Assembly (NCBI GenBank): GCA_038128265.1
Contig: JAYPJE010000063.1
Location: 1 to 15,629, forward strand
Origin: Gemmatimonadota bacterium
GTDB taxonomy: Bacteria > Latescibacterota > UBA2968 > UBA8231
Direction: 5' to 3'
Length of the DNA: 15,629 nt
The position numbers were made by a program, and so were the translations under genes. Under the pieces are notes generated by a model. That model searched no databases. It worked only from the letters and a program-made list of their open reading frames with translations, and was not told where the DNA came from. The stretch's first letter is position 1, and each line of letters starts with the position of its first letter. Shown piece after piece: positions 1-8,674 of this stretch.

Positions 1-41
1 GATCCGTAGTCAGGTGCTCTATCCAATTGAGCTATGGGTGC
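1..41 (-). tRNA. tRNA-Arg(ACG), 5' half only (runs off the left edge)
   Basis: Reverse complement reads GCACCCA-TA-GCTC-AATTGGATA-GAGC-A-CCTGA-CTACGGA-TC: acceptor 5' strand, T8A9, D-arm with GG, anticodon stem and loop CT-ACG-GA (anticodon at 5-7). Confidence 0.95.
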
Positions 42-59
42 GCTCAAATTCAGGGGTAA

Positions 60-88
60 AAAATAAGGGCGATCTGTGCCTTCGTCAA
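60..88 (-). promoter_or_regulatory. sigma70-type promoter for the tRNA-Arg gene
   Basis: Minus strand TTGACG (88-83), 17-nt spacer, TATTTT (65-60), ending 18 nt upstream of the mature tRNA 5' end. Confidence 0.75.
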
Positions 89-103
89 GAGTGCCGGTAT
101 CCG

Positions 104-1819
104 CTACTCATCGAGCACGGCCCGCACTTTTTCGGCCAGCGCATCCAGCGAAAAGGGCTTCTGCAAAAAGTTCATGCCTGGCTCCAATACGTACGTCGTC
201 AAAACGACATTGTCCGTGTAACCCGACATGTAGAGCACTTTGGACTCGGGCATAATCGGCTCCAACAGCTCGACCATTTCCGGACCGCTCATCTTGGGCA
301 TGACGACATCGCTGAGAATCAGGTGGATGTCGCCTGTATACTGTTCGCACACCCGCATGGCATCCATCGGGTCTTCGCCTTCCAACACGGTATAGCCGCA
401 CTGCTCCAACGAGTGTTTGCACAGCTTGCGCACGGACTCGTCGTCCTCGACCAACAGGATCGTTTCGTCGCCGCCGGTGTGCATCTGCGCGCGCGGCAGC
501 TCTTCCACGCGAATTTCCGAATCGGCGTGCGGCAGGTAGAACTTAAACACCGTGCCCTTGCCCAGCTCGCTGTAGACCCAAATATATCCACCGCTCTGCT
601 TTATAATCCCGTATACCGTCGACAGGCCCAACCCGGTCCCCTTGCCGCGCGCTTTGGTGGTAAAAAACGGGTCGAAGATGCGCTGCTGCGTGGCGGCATC
701 CATACCCGTCCCCGTATCGGTAACGGCAACCATCGTATATGGACCGTAGGCGCCGGCTTTTACCACATCGTGCTGCATGGAATAGCTCTCGTCCATGGTG
801 ACGTTTTGCGTTTCCACAATAAACTTGCCGCCGTCTGGCATGGCGTCGCGCGCGTTGACGGCGAGATTCATTATGACCTGTTCGATTTGGCCCGGGTCGG
901 CTTTTACCTGACCGGCCTGCGGATCGAACGATGTTTGCAGCTCGATATCCTCGCCAATCAGCCGCCCGAGCATTTTTTCCAGCCGCCCGATAATCTCGTT
1001 GAGATTAATCACCTGCGTTTGCAGCACCTGGCGCCGACTGAAAGCCAGTAATTGACGCGTGAGCGAGACGGCTCCGTCGCTGGCCTGTTCAATTTCCCGG
1101 AGATTTTCCTGCACCGCATGGTCGGACGGCAGCAGACTCATAGCCAGCGAGTTATTGCCCGTAATGAGCATGAGCAGATTGTTGAAGTCGTGCGCCACGC
1201 CACCGGCGAGCACGCCGATCGCTTCCATTTTCTGCGACTGCTGAAGCTGCTCCTCCAGACCCGCGCGTTCATCTTCCGTTTTTCGCAGTTCTTCGCTCTG
1301 CTCGACGAGCTCGCGCGTGCGCGACTGCACCTGTTCGGCCAGTTCGCCGTTGAGCTTTTCTAGCTGATCGAGCATGTAGTTGATCGACAGGGCCAGACGG
1401 CCGATTTCGCCTTCTGGATTGCCCACCGGCGTGCGCTCACTCAAATCGCCGCGGGCAATACGCTCAGTGGCATTGATCACCGTTTTCAGCGGCCGAGTGA
1501 CAATACTGCTTATGAGATAAACGGCCAACAAACCCGCGATGAAAGTAACTACGCAGATGAAAACGAGGGCATCTCCAACGCGGGCAGCTCTTTCACTAGC
1601 TACGGCGACGGCCTCTTCGACTGCAGCGTCCCCATCGCCCACTCGACCCTGCGCCTCTAGTACGAGTGCCTGCCGCTCGCGCGCCTCGTACCACATGGGA
1701 TAGAATATCGCCGTGGAAGCGGCTATCAGGGCAAGAGCCAGACCACTCAGCAGCGTGAGCCGCACGCGGAGAGAGTACCGAGATAGGGGCGAAGCTGTAT
1801 TTGATTCGCTATTGCTCAT
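104..1819 (-). CDS. Membrane-bound hybrid sensor histidine kinase/response regulator (2 TM, HAMP, HisKA, HATPase_c, REC; CckA-like)
   Basis: Two hydrophobic segments; HAMP (ITRPL...IARGDL...EIGRLA); H-box AGGVAHDFNNLL; N-box NLAVNARDAM; G1 DTGTGM; F-box IFDPFFTTK; G2 GTGLGL; receiver LLVEDD...LSDVVMPKMSG...FLQKPF. Confidence 0.93.
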   Translation of the reverse strand: MSNSESNTASPLSRYSLRVRLTLLSGLALALIAASTAIFYPMWYEARERQALVLEAQGRVGDGDAAVEEAVAVASERAARVGDALVFICVVTFIAGLLAVYLISSIVTRPLKTVINATERIARGDLSERTPVGNPEGEIGRLALSINYMLDQLEKLNGELAEQVQSRTRELVEQSEELRKTEDERAGLEEQLQQSQKMEAIGVLAGGVAHDFNNLLMLITGNNSLAMSLLPSDHAVQENLREIEQASDGAVSLTRQLLAFSRRQVLQTQVINLNEIIGRLEKMLGRLIGEDIELQTSFDPQAGQVKADPGQIEQVIMNLAVNARDAMPDGGKFIVETQNVTMDESYSMQHDVVKAGAYGPYTMVAVTDTGTGMDAATQQRIFDPFFTTKARGKGTGLGLSTVYGIIKQSGGYIWVYSELGKGTVFKFYLPHADSEIRVEELPRAQMHTGGDETILLVEDDESVRKLCKHSLEQCGYTVLEGEDPMDAMRVCEQYTGDIHLILSDVVMPKMSGPEMVELLEPIMPESKVLYMSGYTDNVVLTTYVLEPGMNFLQKPFSLDALAEKVRAVLDE

Positions 1820-1921
1820 GATACCTAAACTACTGCGTTAGCATTGGTAACAGACGCTGCGGACAGCATATCGACTAATATAGCGATTTACCCAAAGGCT
1901 GCACCAAACGACGGCGCGGTA

Positions 1922-3082
1922 TCAGGCCAGCGCTTCGAGGTATTTATAACCGCTGCCCGTATTGAACAGCACGATGCGCTCATCGCCAGCAACCCAACCG
2001 CGCTCTTTCAGCTCCAGGAGTGCAGCCAGCGTGGCACCACCCTCGGGTGCGGGGAAAATACCCGTATGTGCTGCGATGCGATGGGAATGCTCGACGAGAG
2101 CGCGATCGCTAACGGCGATGGCCGTGCCGCCGCTGTCGCGCAGCGCGCGCAGCATGAGAAAGTCGCCGACGGCCGCTGGGACGCGCAGCCCCGAAGCGAC
2201 GGTGTGTGCATCCGTCCACATTTCAGCCGATTCCTCGCCCCTCTCAAAGGCGCGCACAATGGGCGCACAGCCCTCGGCCTGCACCGACACCATGCGCGGC
2301 CGCTCGCTGCCGATCAGGCCCATGCACTCCATTTCAGCAAAGGCCTTCCACATGCCAATAAGTCCGGTGCCACCCCCTGTCGGATAAATTATGACGTCGG
2401 GAAGCTGCCAGTCGAACTGCTCGGCCAACTCGTAGCCCATAGTCTTCTTGCCCTCCACGCGGTAGGGCTCTTTAAGCGTCGAGACATCAAACCACCCTTC
2501 ACCCTCTTTGCGCGCAGCGACGATCTTACCGCAATCGCTTATAAGGCCGTCGACCATTTCTACGGTCGCCCCGCTCGAACGGCATTCGATGGCAAAGGCC
2601 GACGGCGTGTCGCGCGGCATAAATACAAAAGCCGGCAAACCGCAGGCGGCCGCGTACGCCGCAAGGGCCCCACCGGCGTTACCCGCCGTGGGAATGGCCA
2701 AGGCCCGGGCACCGCGCGCGCGCGCCGCACTCACTGCGGCAGAAAGACCGCGCGCCTTAAACGAGCCCGTGGGATTGAGCGACTCATCCTTGATATAGAG
2801 ATCGGAAAAACCGGCCCACGCCCCCAACCGCTCAGCTCGATGCAGCGGCGTAAACCCCTCGCCAAGCGAAACGATTTCATCGGCAGAGCGTATGGGCATT
2901 ACTTCGCGATAGCGCCACATGGTAGGAGCGCGCTCTTTGAGCACTTCCGGTCGCAGCGTAGCAGCGGCCTTTTCTAGGTCGTAGCGCGCCAGCAGGGGCG
3001 CACCGAGCACAGAGAGATTGTGCAGCCCATCGGCGTCGTAGGTGCTCCCATCGCGGGCGCATTCCAGATGCGTCATGTACAT
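1922..3082 (-). CDS. thrC: Threonine synthase (PLP-dependent, fold type II)
   Basis: SLGEGFTPL, PLP-lysine motif NPTGSFKARG, TAGNAG, PYRVEGKKTMGYEL, YPTGGG, C-terminal FNTGSGYK. An alternative start at 3076 would give an ATGA overlap with the nadD stop. Confidence 0.85.
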   Translation of the reverse strand: MYMTHLECARDGSTYDADGLHNLSVLGAPLLARYDLEKAAATLRPEVLKERAPTMWRYREVMPIRSADEIVSLGEGFTPLHRAERLGAWAGFSDLYIKDESLNPTGSFKARGLSAAVSAARARGARALAIPTAGNAGGALAAYAAACGLPAFVFMPRDTPSAFAIECRSSGATVEMVDGLISDCGKIVAARKEGEGWFDVSTLKEPYRVEGKKTMGYELAEQFDWQLPDVIIYPTGGGTGLIGMWKAFAEMECMGLIGSERPRMVSVQAEGCAPIVRAFERGEESAEMWTDAHTVASGLRVPAAVGDFLMLRALRDSGGTAIAVSDRALVEHSHRIAAHTGIFPAPEGGATLAALLELKERGWVAGDERIVLFNTGSGYKYLEALA

Positions 3083-3657
3083 AGGGTGTAGAGTCCTTTT
3101 TCGCGAATGTAGTGTTCGACGGCGTCGGGCACCATGGCCCGCACCGGCAACCCGCTGTGCAGGCGCTGGCGAATTTGCGTCGATGACAATTCGATTAGCG
3201 GCGTGTCGATAAAGTGCATGTGCCGCACCAGTTCGGGATCAACCTCGGCCTCTTCGGCTAGGCGCTGGCCGGCGACAACAGTACAAAGGGACAAGATACC
3301 GTGCGGGTCGTGCCAGGTCGACATATGCCCCACATTGTCGCTGCCGATCACCAGAAAAAACGCGCTGTCGGGATAGAGCAGGTGCAGCTGACGCAGCGTG
3401 TCCACCGTATACGATTTACCCGGTCGATCTAACTCGATGCGCGAAGCTGAGCACGACTCAAGGCCGGCAATAGCCAGCTCAACCATGGCAAGGCGGTCGC
3501 CCGAATCGGCGTGCGTGCTGTCTTTATGGGGGGGATCTGCAGCGGGAATAAAAACAATCTCATCGAGGTCCAAAGCCTCGCAGGCAAACAGCGCCAGCAG
3601 CACGTGTCCGTTGTGAATGGGATCGAACGTGCCGCCAATCAATCCGATGCGCCGCAC
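3073..3657 (-). CDS. nadD: Nicotinate-nucleotide adenylyltransferase
   Basis: GGTFDPIHNGH (HxGH), PPHK, SYTVDTL, IGSD, W..P..I, LSSTQIR, VPDAVEHYI..KGLY; GTG start 4 nt after the bamD stop. Confidence 0.95.
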   Translation of the reverse strand: MRRIGLIGGTFDPIHNGHVLLALFACEALDLDEIVFIPAADPPHKDSTHADSGDRLAMVELAIAGLESCSASRIELDRPGKSYTVDTLRQLHLLYPDSAFFLVIGSDNVGHMSTWHDPHGILSLCTVVAGQRLAEEAEVDPELVRHMHFIDTPLIELSSTQIRQRLHSGLPVRAMVPDAVEHYIREKGLYTLCT

Positions 3658-3661
3658 CGAA

Positions 3662-4408
3662 CTACCCCGCTGAGGCGTTTAGCTGCGAGAGCGCGTCCTG
3701 GACTTCTTTCTTCAGCTCGGCGTCTTCGCTGTCGCGCAGCACCTCTTCCCAGTACTGCACGGCGCCATCGAGGTTGTCTTCTGCGCGGTCCAACTCGCCC
3801 AGGCGAAAAAGCGTGTAGTAGTACCACGACGTATCGGGATAGTCGCGCAGCACATCCTGAAAGGAGATGCGCGCGGCCTCCAAATAGCCCTGTCTCTGAT
3901 AGAGGTAGGCGCTGCGATAAATCTTTTCGGCCAGATTGGCGCGGCAGGTAACAATGCGCGCACGCGCCGTCTCCACCCGCGGCGAAGACGGGTTGTCCTC
4001 TATGAAATTGCGAAATGCCAGCAGCGCATCGAAGGTCTCTTTCTGATCCAGTTCGGGGCGGCGCATCTGCTTAAAGTAGGACTCTCCTATTTTGAACTGC
4101 GCTTCTTCGGCCCACTCGCTAGCCGGATAGATATCGATCAGACGCTGGTACTCAAAAGAGGCATTTACGTAGTCTTCACTGCAAAAAAAGGCTTCGGCCA
4201 GCATATACTGCGACTCGGCAACGTACTGTGAACCGGGAAAGTTACTGACCAGGCGCTGGAAGTGTTCAGATGCTTCAACACAGCGCCCTTTCTCAAGGGC
4301 TTTTTGCCCTTCGTCGTAGTAATAATCAGCGCCTTGCAGCTTTTCCGGCGTGCTCGCACAGGCCATTAAGTAGCAAGCAGCGGCGATAAGGGCGATATAA
4401 ATTTGCAT
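3662..4408 (-). CDS. bamD: Outer membrane protein assembly lipoprotein BamD
   Basis: Lipobox-like LMA-C; TPR helices with FPGSQY, YPASEW, RPELDQKET..A...F..FIEDNPSS and LAEKIY..A..Y, all typical of BamD/YfiO. Confidence 0.88.
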   Translation of the reverse strand: MQIYIALIAAACYLMACASTPEKLQGADYYYDEGQKALEKGRCVEASEHFQRLVSNFPGSQYVAESQYMLAEAFFCSEDYVNASFEYQRLIDIYPASEWAEEAQFKIGESYFKQMRRPELDQKETFDALLAFRNFIEDNPSSPRVETARARIVTCRANLAEKIYRSAYLYQRQGYLEAARISFQDVLRDYPDTSWYYYTLFRLGELDRAEDNLDGAVQYWEEVLRDSEDAELKKEVQDALSQLNASAG

Positions 4409-4415
4409 AGGTAGA

Positions 4416-5054
4416 TTAGCGATTGGAAAAGAATAAGTAGATCAGCCCACCTAGAACGGTTGAGACGACCATGGGTTCGACGAACTTACTCCAACTTTGT
4501 TCCTCCAACTCAGTCTGCGCGAATTTGTAGGTGGAGTGCTGGAGGATCTCAAGCTGGTTTTTGGGAATGCGATCGGCCCGCAAGCGCGTGACTTCGTCCT
4601 GCCAGTAGACGATGTGATCGCTTTCGCGGTTGAGGCGCAGGGCCAGCGATGCCCGGCTCTGCCGATCGGCATGTGCTCCCCTCAGCCCCGACTGCGCGGT
4701 AATCCCCATGTCGAGTATGCGAAAGGAAAAGCGCATGCTCTCGGGCCCGGCGTTGGTCGAATCTGCCACGATGGAAAATCCGCGATCAAGCAGGCGCTGC
4801 GCCAGCACGTGCTCAACCAACCAGTTGGCGTCGTGGCGACCTTGTGCCGCTATAAAAAGAGGTGCTGCTGCCGCTTCGGCAGGCACCTCAAGCCCGGCCA
4901 GTGACTCGTCAATGGCGTCTTCCACGGCGACCACTAGCGCATCCATATTGCTCGGGTAGGGGGCGATTGCAGCAGCGGAAAATGGACCTATGAGCAACAG
5001 GGCAATAAGTCGCCCAAGACCGCTGCGCAGCAACCGGAAAAATGCATGACCCAT
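4416..5054 (-). CDS. Hypothetical exported protein with a C-terminal hydrophobic segment (212 aa)
   Basis: Start moved to the ATG at 5054, which forms a TAATG overlap with the upstream stop. The ORF-track start (5180) would overlap the upstream gene by about 126 nt. N-terminal signal-like stretch (RLIALLLIGPFSAAA); C-terminal VEPMVVSTVLGGLIYLFFSNR. Confidence 0.75.
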   Translation of the reverse strand: MGHAFFRLLRSGLGRLIALLLIGPFSAAAIAPYPSNMDALVVAVEDAIDESLAGLEVPAEAAAAPLFIAAQGRHDANWLVEHVLAQRLLDRGFSIVADSTNAGPESMRFSFRILDMGITAQSGLRGAHADRQSRASLALRLNRESDHIVYWQDEVTRLRADRIPKNQLEILQHSTYKFAQTELEEQSWSKFVEPMVVSTVLGGLIYLFFSNR

Positions 5055-5752
5055 TACAGGCCACCGAGGTATTTTAGCTCTTTGCGAGCGGTAGCGGCGT
5101 ATTCGCTTTCGGCAAACTCGGCCAGCAGCTTGCGAAAGGCTGCGATGGCCTGGTTGCGATCGCCGAGCGCCAGATAGCAACGCCCCACTTTGAGCTGCGC
5201 ATCGTCAGCCTTTTCCGTTTTGGAAAAAGCGAAGACCTTGGTAAACTCGGCTAGGGCCTGGCGAAACCGTCCCAGCCCGTAGTAGCACTCACCCTTCCAA
5301 TACTGCGCGTTGTCAGCCCACTCGCCGTAGGGCGCTGCCGCCAAAACGCGATCGAATTCCACCACGGCCTGCTCGTATTGCTTCTGGTTATAAATGGCCA
5401 GTGCATTCTGATAGAGCGAAAGCGCATCGTCATCCCTACTGCGGCTGGCGCTGGGCGGACGCAGTGGGCGCGTATGCAGCGAGTCCAAGCGCGCGCGTAG
5501 ACTCTGCGTCTCGTTGCGCAGCGCACTCAGCTGCTGGCGCATCTCGGCGGCACTCTCCTCTGCCTGGCGCAGGCGATCTGCCATGGCGCGCTCGCGGTCA
5601 TACGACGACTCTACGGCGCGCTTGAGCGCCTCGACGTCTTCGCGCTGCGCGTCCTGCCAGCTGTCCAAACGCTGGTCTACCTGACCCGGCGTTGCGCAGG
5701 CGCCCCACCCCAAGAGGAAGGCGCATAGAGGTATTTTGGCGTGCTTAAACAT
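5054..5752 (-). CDS. cpoB: CpoB/YbgF-like coiled-coil + TPR protein, probable lipoprotein
   Basis: Lipobox-like WGA-C, N-terminal coiled coil, then YQNAL..YNQKQYEQA, ADNAQYWKGECYY, KADDAQLKVG, matching the YbgF/CpoB TPR pattern. No tolB/pal in this window, so orthology is uncertain. Confidence 0.7.
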   Translation of the reverse strand: MFKHAKIPLCAFLLGWGACATPGQVDQRLDSWQDAQREDVEALKRAVESSYDRERAMADRLRQAEESAAEMRQQLSALRNETQSLRARLDSLHTRPLRPPSASRSRDDDALSLYQNALAIYNQKQYEQAVVEFDRVLAAAPYGEWADNAQYWKGECYYGLGRFRQALAEFTKVFAFSKTEKADDAQLKVGRCYLALGDRNQAIAAFRKLLAEFAESEYAATARKELKYLGGL

Positions 5753-5812
5753 GCTAAAAATATAAGGCCTCTTGAGATCGTAGACCAGATATCGACGGCG
5801 CTGCGCGGCCCT

Positions 5813-8599
5813 TTATTTGCTATCTGCGCGGAACACCAAATCTTCGGGCGGATTAATTGCAAACTCCTCGCAGCGATCGGCGTAGAGCGCAGACGGTCCG
5901 TCGTCCGGTTCGATTTTTAGCGCCTCTTCAAAAAGCGCGCGCGCCTCGTTGAATTCGTACTTCCAGTAGGCTTCCATACCGCTGTTGTACAGCGCCAGCA
6001 CCTGCATCATTTCTTCGCTCAATTCGCCCTTGCGCTCTAGCACCTCGTAGGCGACGACCGGCTCCTCTTTGCCGACCACCTGAATCAGGTCGAGCTGGCG
6101 CGCCTCAACCAAATCCTTTACCTGCTCATAGATCTGGTCGTTCACCATAATATTTGTCCCGTAGATTTTCTGACCGCTCTCAAAGCGCGCGGCCAGGTTC
6201 ACGGTATCGCCCATCATGGTGTAGTCGGTGCGGCTGCGCGATCCCATATTACCGACGATCATTGGACCCGCCGTAATGCCGATACGCACCTGTGCAAAGG
6301 TGCGCCCCTGGCCCTGCCAGCGGTCGCGCAGTTCTTCGAGACGCGGCGGGATAGCACCCGGTTCGTTCCAGCGCTTGCGCAGTTCGACGAGCATATTCTG
6401 CTGGTCTATGCAGGCCATCACCGCCCGCGTCGCGTGGTCGTCGTAGTAGAGCGGTGCGCCGAAGAAGGCGACGATGGCATCGCCTTCAAATTTGTCGATG
6501 GTGCCGCCGTAGCGCTCGATGATATCGCACATCTCGGTGAGATAGCCATTGATAAAATCGACGAGCTCAGCCGGCGTCAAACACTCGGAGATGGTCGAGA
6601 AACTGGCGATATCCGAAAAGAACGCCGTCATAATGCGCTCTTCGCCGCCAAGCTGGTTGACCATATCCGGATTTTCCATAATCTGCTCAACGACAGCGGG
6701 CGACAGGTAGTGACCAAAGGCCCCCTGGACGAACTCTTTTTCCTTTTCCTTAATGATGTAACCGTAAATTGTCAGCGCTAAATAGCCCACTACGATGGTT
6801 AGCATGGGGCCTATAAACTCCAGCCAAACGCCCTGCGTAAAGGAGTATATGACGAGGACGGAGTAGACCGTTCCCAACCCGAAGATGAGCAGGGCGCCCT
6901 GCAGCACCTTCAGGCGCGGCACGGCCAGCGACATCGCCAGACCCAGCAGTAGGATAAGAGCCACGCGGGCCCACACCGGCGTGCGGCTTATGAAGGCATC
7001 GTTTAATATGGTGTTGAGCACGTTGGAATAGATACCAACCATCGGGTAATTACCCTGAAAGGGAATTACGCTAAGGTCGGTGCTACCCGTCGACGTCTGT
7101 CCGTAAAACAGAATTTTGCCCTGCAGTTCATCCGGCGTGATAAGGCGTCCCTGTGCGCTGCGATAGGGATAGAAGTAGAGGGGACGCGCCAGGTCTTCGA
7201 CCTTACCTTCAACCAGATGCTGACGGACAAAGTAGAGGCTCTGCTGGAGATCCTCGCCGTCTTCTTGCGGCATTGCAGCCTGTAGTCCGGCCAGATCAAT
7301 GTCGGGATTCTCCTCCAAGAGCGTGGCTACGCGGTTGTTACGGCGTATTTGATTGTACATCAGCAGCTGAGCTTCCTGGGGCTCTTTGACGCCCTTCGAT
7401 GCCCAGAACGCGCTGGCTTCTTGGTCGGGCTGTTTGCGCACGACGGCCTCGATGCCACCGGCCTGCATCCACGTGACCAGCGCACCGCGCACGGCGCGTT
7501 GATCGTCGTAGCCCTGCGCAGCCATCAGCCCGGGCAGGGGGCGCGGGTTGCGTCGCAGCGCCGGATCGGCAACGACCAACTCCTTTATTTTATCGAGCAG
7601 CTTTTCGCGATCTTCGCGCTGGGCAGCCCTACGCAGAGCGATGTGCGGATAGCGCACAAAGGTTTCCTCCCAGCGGCCGGCCCAGTTTACGTTCATCGTG
7701 CCGTGCTCATCAATGGGAATCTTTATGTCCTTGACTGTTCCATCGGCAAAACGCGCATTGGGTAGGAGCACGTGATCGCCGGGCCACACCTTTACCTCAG
7801 ACAGCGGCACCTGCAGGTGATCGCAGGCGATGTTCAGCGCAATCGATGGGAATAGGATGTCCTTATACTGAAACACGACCGGATAGCGCCGGCGCGCACC
7901 GTCAAAGTCCTCTGTCGTCTGTGCATAGGAATAGCCGCGCGCGGCCTCGCGCAAAACGGCAATAGGCGGCTCAAAATTGGTGGCCTTGCTAAGACCGCTC
8001 TCTTCGGCGGGAACCATCAGGCGCGGCGAATTGGCTCGTATGAGTTCCAGCACGCCCTGCTTCTCCTCGTCGAGGGGTGGATACGTTAATTCTCCCTCTT
8101 CCTCCTCCTCTTCTTCCTTCACGTTGAGGTACTGGGCCAAATACACGTTGTCGGCCTTTTCAATGGCGCGACCAAAGCGCGCGTCGTAGTCGGCCTCGGA
8201 GAGCAGTTTCTCAATCCCCTGTTTGTCAATAGACGACAGGCCTCGAATCTGCTTTTCCGTCAGCAGCCTAGTAATGGGTTCGGGATAGTAGATGTCAAAT
8301 CCGATCCGCTCAGCGCCGTACTCGCCCATGATGCGCACGACGTCGATATACTCAACGCGCGTCCAATTCTGCCAGCGGCCTTCAACTTCCAACGTTTGGT
8401 CATCGATTTCTATCGTGCCGAGATTCGGATTCATCGGCGGGAGGCCGAAGATGGAGTTGCGGATATTAAAGCGCCAATCATAGCTTACCAACTCCGCGCG
8501 CTCGTAGGCTTTCGTCAGGGCGAAGAGCAGCACGAGCAAACCGACAATGGGTCCCAGATAAAGCTGTAAGCGAGGGTCGTCTTTCTTTGCATCCGCCAT
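5813..8599 (-). CDS. CHASE2-domain class III adenylate cyclase with a C-terminal TPR-like helix pair
   Basis: N-terminal TM; CHASE2 motifs (ELVSYDWRF, IEIDDQTL...W..W.R, IGFDIYY.EP, DFDGARRRYP, QGKILFYG); 3 TM helices; AFGHYLSPAVVEQI. Catalytic residues: FFSDIASFS (metal Asp), IDKFEGDA (ATP-specifying Lys plus metal Asp), GNMGS..RTDYTMMGDTVNLAARFE (adenine-specifying Asp, transition-state Asn/Arg), VVGKEEPV. Confidence 0.92.
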   Translation of the reverse strand: MADAKKDDPRLQLYLGPIVGLLVLLFALTKAYERAELVSYDWRFNIRNSIFGLPPMNPNLGTIEIDDQTLEVEGRWQNWTRVEYIDVVRIMGEYGAERIGFDIYYPEPITRLLTEKQIRGLSSIDKQGIEKLLSEADYDARFGRAIEKADNVYLAQYLNVKEEEEEEEGELTYPPLDEEKQGVLELIRANSPRLMVPAEESGLSKATNFEPPIAVLREAARGYSYAQTTEDFDGARRRYPVVFQYKDILFPSIALNIACDHLQVPLSEVKVWPGDHVLLPNARFADGTVKDIKIPIDEHGTMNVNWAGRWEETFVRYPHIALRRAAQREDREKLLDKIKELVVADPALRRNPRPLPGLMAAQGYDDQRAVRGALVTWMQAGGIEAVVRKQPDQEASAFWASKGVKEPQEAQLLMYNQIRRNNRVATLLEENPDIDLAGLQAAMPQEDGEDLQQSLYFVRQHLVEGKVEDLARPLYFYPYRSAQGRLITPDELQGKILFYGQTSTGSTDLSVIPFQGNYPMVGIYSNVLNTILNDAFISRTPVWARVALILLLGLAMSLAVPRLKVLQGALLIFGLGTVYSVLVIYSFTQGVWLEFIGPMLTIVVGYLALTIYGYIIKEKEKEFVQGAFGHYLSPAVVEQIMENPDMVNQLGGEERIMTAFFSDIASFSTISECLTPAELVDFINGYLTEMCDIIERYGGTIDKFEGDAIVAFFGAPLYYDDHATRAVMACIDQQNMLVELRKRWNEPGAIPPRLEELRDRWQGQGRTFAQVRIGITAGPMIVGNMGSRSRTDYTMMGDTVNLAARFESGQKIYGTNIMVNDQIYEQVKDLVEARQLDLIQVVGKEEPVVAYEVLERKGELSEEMMQVLALYNSGMEAYWKYEFNEARALFEEALKIEPDDGPSALYADRCEEFAINPPEDLVFRADSK

Positions 8600-8605
8600 G
8601 TGGAG

Positions 8606-8612
8606 ACCTCCC
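8606..8612 (-). promoter_or_regulatory. Shine-Dalgarno site of the cyclase gene
   Basis: GGGAGGT 6 nt upstream of the ATG at 8599. Confidence 0.7.
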
Positions 8613-8639
8613 GTGAGGTGAGCGTTGATTACTTAGTAT

Positions 8640-8674
8640 AATAAAAAATGGAAGGCCCGAGGACCTTCCATTTT
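8640..8674 (-). terminator. Rho-independent terminator after the small TPR gene
   Basis: Minus strand AAAATGGAAGGTC-CTCG-GGCCTTCCATTTTTTATT: perfect 11-bp inverted repeat (8645-8655/8664-8674) running into a U-tract, starting 20 nt after the stop at 8695. Confidence 0.8.

Noticed and set aside
1..103. tRNA as a possible integration site or island boundary
   Set aside because: Only the tRNA 5' half and its promoter are present. No integrase, transposase or att-like duplication is seen, and the adjacent genes look like core genes.
1820..1921. Possible promoter for the kinase (TATATT at 1882-1877)
   Set aside because: There is no convincing -35 at 16-18 bp, so it cannot be supported from sequence alone.
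14..2977. Long plus-strand ORFs (14-1051, 1052-1363, 1844-2977), and similar ones at 8725-9249, 9332-9850, 10943-11692 and 11720-12385
   Set aside because: They lie antisense to well-supported genes and have no recognisable motifs. They are the expected shadow ORFs of GC-rich coding sequence.
5055..5180. ORF-track N-terminal extension of the hypothetical protein
   Set aside because: It overlaps the cpoB-like gene out of frame and is Arg-rich shadow sequence. The ATG at 5054 gives a clean TAATG coupling and a signal peptide.
5753..5790. Possible leaderless promoter (TATATT 6 nt before the ATG at 5752)
   Set aside because: The -35 match is poor (TGGTCT), and an AT-rich translation initiation region explains it equally well. 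It would need TSS data.
5813..6650. Guanylate cyclase, or an anti-phage (Pycsar/CBASS-type) cyclase
   Set aside because: The specificity residues are Lys (IDKF) and Asp (TDYT), the ATP-type pair. The CHASE2/TM receptor architecture and the absence of effector genes indicate ordinary signalling.
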